From contig OZ223266.1 in assembly GCA_965140585.1 (NCBI GenBank), positions 79,843-143,842 of the forward strand: a stretch of DNA of 64,000 bases, read 5' to 3'. Positions 59,390 to 64,000 of this stretch are shown one piece after another; within the stretch, counting starts at the first letter, position 1, and each line of letters starts with the position of its first letter. A program made the translations under genes and the position numbers. The DNA comes from Spirochaetia bacterium. Lineage in GTDB: Bacteria; Spirochaetota; Spirochaetia; UBA9216. Under the pieces are notes generated by a model. That model was given only the letters and a program-made list of their open reading frames with translations, was not told the DNA's origin and searched no databases.

Positions 59390-60331
59390 ATGAATACTAT
59401 AGAGTCAGCAGCAGTAATTGGAGCGGGGGCTCTCGGGCTCCTTTACGCAGACAGGATACAAAGCTCCATAGTTGAAAAATGCTTTTTTATTGCCGGACCT
59501 GAGCGGGCTGAGAGTATAAATAAAAGCCGGTTCTTTGTGAATGATTCGGAATGCTGGTTTAAGGCCGTAATTCCCGATGAGCTGAATGGCGGCCGTGCTG
59601 TAAAGCCGGATTTAATCATAGTTGCCGTTAAAAATTACAGTCTGCATCAGATTCTTCCAATACTGAAGGCAGCTGTTAAGGATGGGACTGCAGTTCTATC
59701 AGTATTAAACGGTATCGACAGCGAAGAAATTATTGAAAAAGAACTACCTGAAGCTTCGGTTATCAGAACTGTAGCTGTAGGAATGGATGCAGTTAAAAGC
59801 GGATTAAAGCTGAATTATACTACGCCCGGAAAACTTATAATTGGAATGCCGGAACACAGCCGCAGAACTTCGGTCCTGAGTTCTGCAGCAGAATTCCTGA
59901 ATACCTGCGGGATTGCAACTGAAATACAGGATGATATTCTGCGTTCACTCTGGTGGAAGTGGATGATTAATATTGGTGTGAATCAGGTTTCTGCTGTAAC
60001 AGGAGCTAAATACGGCATCTTTCACAGTGAACGCGAAATTCAGCTTCTGATGGAAGCTGCCATGAGGGAAACGGTTAATGTTGCCATTGCGTTCGGTGTT
60101 AATCTGCATGAAGATGATATAAGCGGCTGGTATTCAATTCTTAATACACTGGGGCCGGATAATAAAACCTCCATGCTTCAGGATATGGAGGCGGGAAGAC
60201 GTACCGAAGTCGATTCTTTCAGCGGAAAACTCATTGAGCTTGCGGATAAACTCGGTATTGATGTACCGGTTAACAGAACCCTCTACCGTATAATCAAGAT
60301 GAAGGAACTTGTCTCCGGGGCTGTGAAATAG
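59390..60331 (+). CDS. panE: Ketopantoate reductase family protein
   Basis: IGAGALG, VAVKNY, LNGIDSE, WWKWMINIGVN, KTSMLQDMEAGRRTE. Confidence 0.85.
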   Translation: MNTIESAAVIGAGALGLLYADRIQSSIVEKCFFIAGPERAESINKSRFFVNDSECWFKAVIPDELNGGRAVKPDLIIVAVKNYSLHQILPILKAAVKDGTAVLSVLNGIDSEEIIEKELPEASVIRTVAVGMDAVKSGLKLNYTTPGKLIIGMPEHSRRTSVLSSAAEFLNTCGIATEIQDDILRSLWWKWMINIGVNQVSAVTGAKYGIFHSEREIQLLMEAAMRETVNVAIAFGVNLHEDDISGWYSILNTLGPDNKTSMLQDMEAGRRTEVDSFSGKLIELADKLGIDVPVNRTLYRIIKMKELVSGAVK

Positions 60332-60334
60332 AGC

Positions 60335-60401
60335 TTTTGCATCCAGCAATCAGTTTCCGGATGCAAAAATAAAAAGCTGAACGGAAAACCGCTCAGCCTT
60401 T
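60335..60401. terminator. Tandem hairpins between convergent panE and SBP genes
   Basis: TTTTGCATCC...GGATGCAAAA and GCTGAACGG-AAAA-CCGCTCAGC. Confidence 0.65.
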
Positions 60402-60427
60402 GTTTCTAATTGTTCAGCGAACTGAAA

Positions 60428-62071
60428 TTATTTTGCAGTTGCTCTGTAGTATGACCATGGGTTGATCCAGGTAGCTGTACCGCCCATTGTTGCTGTAAAT
60501 CCTGTGAAATCAGCTGTATTTACAGGGCATATAAGTGTTTTTCGGTAGAGAAGTCCGTAGGGAAGGTCTTCAGAAATAATTTTCTGCATTTTCATTCTGT
60601 ACATGTTTTTCTCTTCAAAAGTAGCTGCAGAAAGCATTTTATCCATTGCGGAATCGAATTCCTTACTACTATAATAAGCTGTGTTCCAACCGGCACCACC
60701 GCCGTCCCAGCTGCGGCAGAAGTCCCAGAACCACTCACCGTTAGGACCTGGTCCCTCGGTTGAGATTGAAAGGTCGAACTGATCCTCATCCGGAGCATAA
60801 AGGAATGTATAGTAAGTATCAAGGTCTACAATCTTCTGCTCAATTTTGATACCTATTTCAGCAAGCTCTTCCTTTATAATGGTAGTGGCTTTAATCTGTT
60901 CTGAATAATCAGAGCCCACCATCAGTTCATAAACCATGTTTTCGCCGTTCTTTTCGTTTCTTATACCGTCACCGTCAGTGTCTTTGTATCCGGCTGCGTC
61001 GAGGATAGCTTTTGCCTTTGAAGGATCATAAGGATACTTATTAACGTCTTTGTTGTACCACTCAAGCTCGGGGTAAACAAGGCTGTCAACTGGGGTTCCG
61101 TAGCCGACAAGCGCCATATCGATGATTCTCTGTACATCGATTCCCTGCATTATTGCTTTCCTTACTTCAAGATCCTGAATACCGTTTTCCTGGTGAAGGT
61201 TGAAGTTAATCCAGTAAAGATTGATATCTGGAGAGGTTATAATCTCTATACCTTCAGTTTTTTTGAAACCGTCAAGTGTATTCGGTTCGACACCAAGGTA
61301 TCCGATCATGTCGATATCGCCTGTCTGCATTGCCATATTTCTGGCATCTTCAGTACCATATATCTTGAATACGATTTCATCTACACCTGGTTTTCCGCCC
61401 CAGTAGTCTTCATTGGCTTCTAGCCAGATGTACTGACCTGTTTTGAACTCTTTAAGCTTGTATGGACCTGAACCGAGCATCTGTGCATTGTCATAGGATT
61501 TCATATCATCCTTATACTCTTCCCAGATGTGTTTAGGAAGGATGGGCATCCAGAATAGAGGCGGGTAGGGCATACCGAAAGTCAGATTCATTGTAACCTG
61601 GAATGTGTAGTCATCGATTACTTCAAAAGTGTCATAGTCAAAGTCTACCATTTCCCATGCAGGATCTGATGCAGGCAGGTATTCAAGTGTGAATGCAAGG
61701 TCCTCAGCTGTTAAAGGAACACCGTCGGTGAACTTTATGTCGTCTCTAAGATAAAATGTCCATGTTTTTTTATCTTCTGAAACATCCCAGCTTTTTGCAA
61801 TCATCGGCTGAGGTTCATATCCGCTCTCAGCATCACCCATGATAAATACCTGATCATATGTAAGCTGCCAGAGAATACAACCCATTTCAAGGTACTGCCA
61901 GTTTTCATCTACTATAGTTGATTCAAGACTCTGTCCGGCTGTCCAGCCTACATTAAGTCTTGTTTTTTCCACTTTTTCCTGTGAGCCGCCGGCAAAAACA
62001 AGTCCGGCCGAAAACAGCACGAGAAGAGCGAGCATCACTACGCTCCTGAAAGGTCTTGTGTTATTTTTCAT
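60428..62071 (-). CDS. Peptide/nickel-type (family 5) ABC substrate-binding protein
   Basis: AKSWDVSEDKKTWTFYLRDDIKFTDGVPLTAED, GSGPYKL, VRKAIMQGID, DTDGDGIR. Confidence 0.92.
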   Translation of the reverse strand: MKNNTRPFRSVVMLALLVLFSAGLVFAGGSQEKVEKTRLNVGWTAGQSLESTIVDENWQYLEMGCILWQLTYDQVFIMGDAESGYEPQPMIAKSWDVSEDKKTWTFYLRDDIKFTDGVPLTAEDLAFTLEYLPASDPAWEMVDFDYDTFEVIDDYTFQVTMNLTFGMPYPPLFWMPILPKHIWEEYKDDMKSYDNAQMLGSGPYKLKEFKTGQYIWLEANEDYWGGKPGVDEIVFKIYGTEDARNMAMQTGDIDMIGYLGVEPNTLDGFKKTEGIEIITSPDINLYWINFNLHQENGIQDLEVRKAIMQGIDVQRIIDMALVGYGTPVDSLVYPELEWYNKDVNKYPYDPSKAKAILDAAGYKDTDGDGIRNEKNGENMVYELMVGSDYSEQIKATTIIKEELAEIGIKIEQKIVDLDTYYTFLYAPDEDQFDLSISTEGPGPNGEWFWDFCRSWDGGGAGWNTAYYSSKEFDSAMDKMLSAATFEEKNMYRMKMQKIISEDLPYGLLYRKTLICPVNTADFTGFTATMGGTATWINPWSYYRATAK

Positions 62072-62102
62072 CCAAATCCCCTTTAAAAAATTTAATATTC
62101 TA

Positions 62103-62120
62103 TTGCAAAATATATGCCAA
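62103..62120 (-). promoter_or_regulatory. Sigma54 (-24/-12) promoter
   Basis: Minus strand TTGGCATATATTTTGCAA with exact GG-N10-GC spacing, about 30 nt upstream of the SBP ATG. Confidence 0.8.
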
Positions 62121-62271
62121 GATGTATATTTTTTGTTTTACATAAAATATACATCGCAATTTTTGTTAAAACAGTAATTTATTTCCCCTGCTTTATGACA
62201 CGTTCTTACATAAATGTATGAAAGAATATTTCAGGCTACATTTTTGTATGACCGTTCAAACAATTATTATT

Positions 62272-64000
62272 TCAGGCTGAATATACCTTACGTCCTTCAA
62301 AGAAAGTCATCAGAACTTTCATATCTGCAATTTCTTCAACATCTATCTCGAAAAGATTTCTGTCCAGAACGATCAAATCTGCTGATTTTCCAGGCTCAAT
62401 AGAGCCGATTTCCGCTTCAAGAAATTCAGCCTTGGCTCCGTTAATAGTTGATGCTTCAATAGCCTGTTCAAGACTAAGCCTTTCTTCGGGCTTTCCGAGT
62501 GGGCAGGCCATTCCGTACTCGGGCTTCACAGAATAATCGGTAGTACGAAGATATTTATCTGCACGCTCACCCTTTTCTTTTCTGAATACTTTCCCGGGCT
62601 GTGTCCTGGTCATGGCACTGTAGATTGCCCATCCGTAGTCCGGCTCGGTTACTGAAAAATCGCAGTGAAAAGAAGTGTTTACTCCTGCTTCCATCAGGCT
62701 TGCCGCAGGATATTGTGCGTTGTAGGCTTTTTCTTCACCGAGGTAGGGTACATAGAGTTCCCAATAGTAATCATCGACTATTGACCAGTAGGGTGCAATA
62801 ACGGCATTCATTCCCATGGCAGCCATTCTTTTTACATCTTCGGGTTCAATTACCTGAACATGGGCAAAGGTGTGCCTGGAATCCCTTGGTCCGTTTTTTT
62901 CTCTCGCGTACTCAAGAGCCTCGAGGCCAAGCTCTGCAGCACCATCACCAATCTGATGTGTATGTATATTAAAACCTATTGCATCAATTTTACGGAAAGC
63001 CTCTTTCAGAAACTCCTGATCCCATACCTTAATTCCATGCCAGTTATCATCCCTGTTTTTATAGGGCTTCTTCATCAGCCCCGTTTCTTCTTCAATAACC
63101 TGGTCGGCAAAGAACTTGAATGATTCCACCTTCCAGTACGGGGTTTTAAAAGACGCAGATAGTTTCTGTGCATGACTGATTGCTTCATCAAGAGTCATTT
63201 CAGGTTTGAAGTCTTTTCTCTGACCTTCGCCTCCGCCAGTAAGTTCAGGATACATACTCCAGGAGCCTCTGTAGCGTACTGTAAGTTTTCCTTCCTCAGC
63301 AAGTTCCTCGAAAGCATCATAATAGTCGGGTTCAAAGGGGGTGATGGCGTCATGACATGTTGTAAGTCCGACTGAGTTGAACCATTTCTGAAGCCAGAGC
63401 AGTGCTTCCTTGTATTCAGCCTTTGTGGGGGCAGGAAAAAGTTCAAGAATCGGGCCCATTGCCGATTCAGAAAGCAGTCCGGAAGGTTCGCCTGTTTCAG
63501 GATCATGCTTGATTACTCCGCCTGGAGGATCCGGTGTTTCGGCTGTAATACCTGCCATCTCAAGCGCTTTTGAATTAGCCCAGACTGAGTGCCCGTCGAC
63601 AGACTGGATTGCAAGCGGTTTATCGGGACTGATTACATCAATGTCTTCTTTCCTGGGGCCGACTTCATCAAATATTGCACGATAAAAACCCTTACCCTGG
63701 TAAGCCGGCATTTCCGGATGTGATTTCACAAAATCATTGATTCTTTCCAGGTATTCTTCCTTTGTGAAAAGATCATGAAGTTTGATCTGAAATACATAAA
63801 CAACAGCACTGCTTGCCGGATGCATATGGGAATCGACGAAAGCCGGGAGAATAAGTTTCCCCTCGAGGTCAACAAGCTCGGTTTCATTACCGATGTATTT
63901 CTGCATTTCATCTTCAGAACCAACGGCAGAGATTCTTCCTCCGCTTACTGCAATTGCTTGAGCTATTGTTTTATCTTTATCTACTGTGTATACAACTGCA
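62272..64000 (-). CDS. Amidohydrolase family 3 (YtcJ-like), N-terminus beyond the window edge
   Basis: PAFVDSHMH, DGHSVWANSKAL, HTHQIGD, HTFAHVQ, GSIEPGKSADLIVL. The frame stays open to the window end (..VYTVDKDKTIAQAIAVSGGRISAVGS..). Confidence 0.92.
   Translation of the reverse strand, partial: AVVYTVDKDKTIAQAIAVSGGRISAVGSEDEMQKYIGNETELVDLEGKLILPAFVDSHMHPASSAVVYVFQIKLHDLFTKEEYLERINDFVKSHPEMPAYQGKGFYRAIFDEVGPRKEDIDVISPDKPLAIQSVDGHSVWANSKALEMAGITAETPDPPGGVIKHDPETGEPSGLLSESAMGPILELFPAPTKAEYKEALLWLQKWFNSVGLTTCHDAITPFEPDYYDAFEELAEEGKLTVRYRGSWSMYPELTGGGEGQRKDFKPEMTLDEAISHAQKLSASFKTPYWKVESFKFFADQVIEEETGLMKKPYKNRDDNWHGIKVWDQEFLKEAFRKIDAIGFNIHTHQIGDGAAELGLEALEYAREKNGPRDSRHTFAHVQVIEPEDVKRMAAMGMNAVIAPYWSIVDDYYWELYVPYLGEEKAYNAQYPAASLMEAGVNTSFHCDFSVTEPDYGWAIYSAMTRTQPGKVFRKEKGERADKYLRTTDYSVKPEYGMACPLGKPEERLSLEQAIEASTINGAKAEFLEAEIGSIEPGKSADLIVLDRNLFEIDVEEIADMKVLMTFFEGRKVYSA

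Noticed and set aside
1-64000. CRISPR arrays, tRNA/rRNA, transposases, integrases, prophage or defence systems
   Set aside because: No repeat-spacer periodicity or recognisable motifs seen by eye; intergenic spaces are short and mostly explained. Small or divergent elements could have been missed without computation.

Overview
Gene-dense bacterial chromosomal window, most likely from a free-living Spirochaetales (Spirochaetaceae-like) organism. This is inferred from spirochaetal-style lipoprotein signals, solute-binding proteins with 'FAGG' leaders, MCPs and very acidic secreted proteins. I saw no rRNA, tRNA, CRISPR array, transposase or prophage. Content, left to right: a LuxR-MFS-aryl-alcohol dehydrogenase unit; an MCP broken by an in-frame TAA; a cobalamin riboswitch heading an 8-gene cobamide uptake/salvage operon (two novel-looking lipoproteins, a TonB-dependent receptor, a beta-propeller lipoprotein, BtuFCD, CbiZ); a U32 protein with a GSCFA protein; PadR-HAAS; a divergent glycosyltransferase/ugd pair; MarR-MATE; asd; a redox trio (C-GCAxxG-C-C, cupin, QueG-like); a MacAB-TolC-type exporter with a divergent two-component system; a lipoprotein-FecR-lipoprotein operon; an Rrf2-mnmA-cysK-symporter sulfur cluster; a GGDEF protein; a sugar ABC system with a three-component sensor; a DUF4032-like protein; an MCP; panE; a sigma54-driven peptide-binding protein; and an amidohydrolase. 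The best candidate for an undescribed system is the riboswitch-controlled, lipoprotein-assisted B12 capture operon, which resembles the Bacteroidota btuGB/H architecture but uses different lipoproteins. Also notable are several apparently leaderless promoters and clear operator palindromes. Four single-base frameshifts at short homopolymers look like long-read errors. All family assignments come from motif recognition by eye; no database searches were run.
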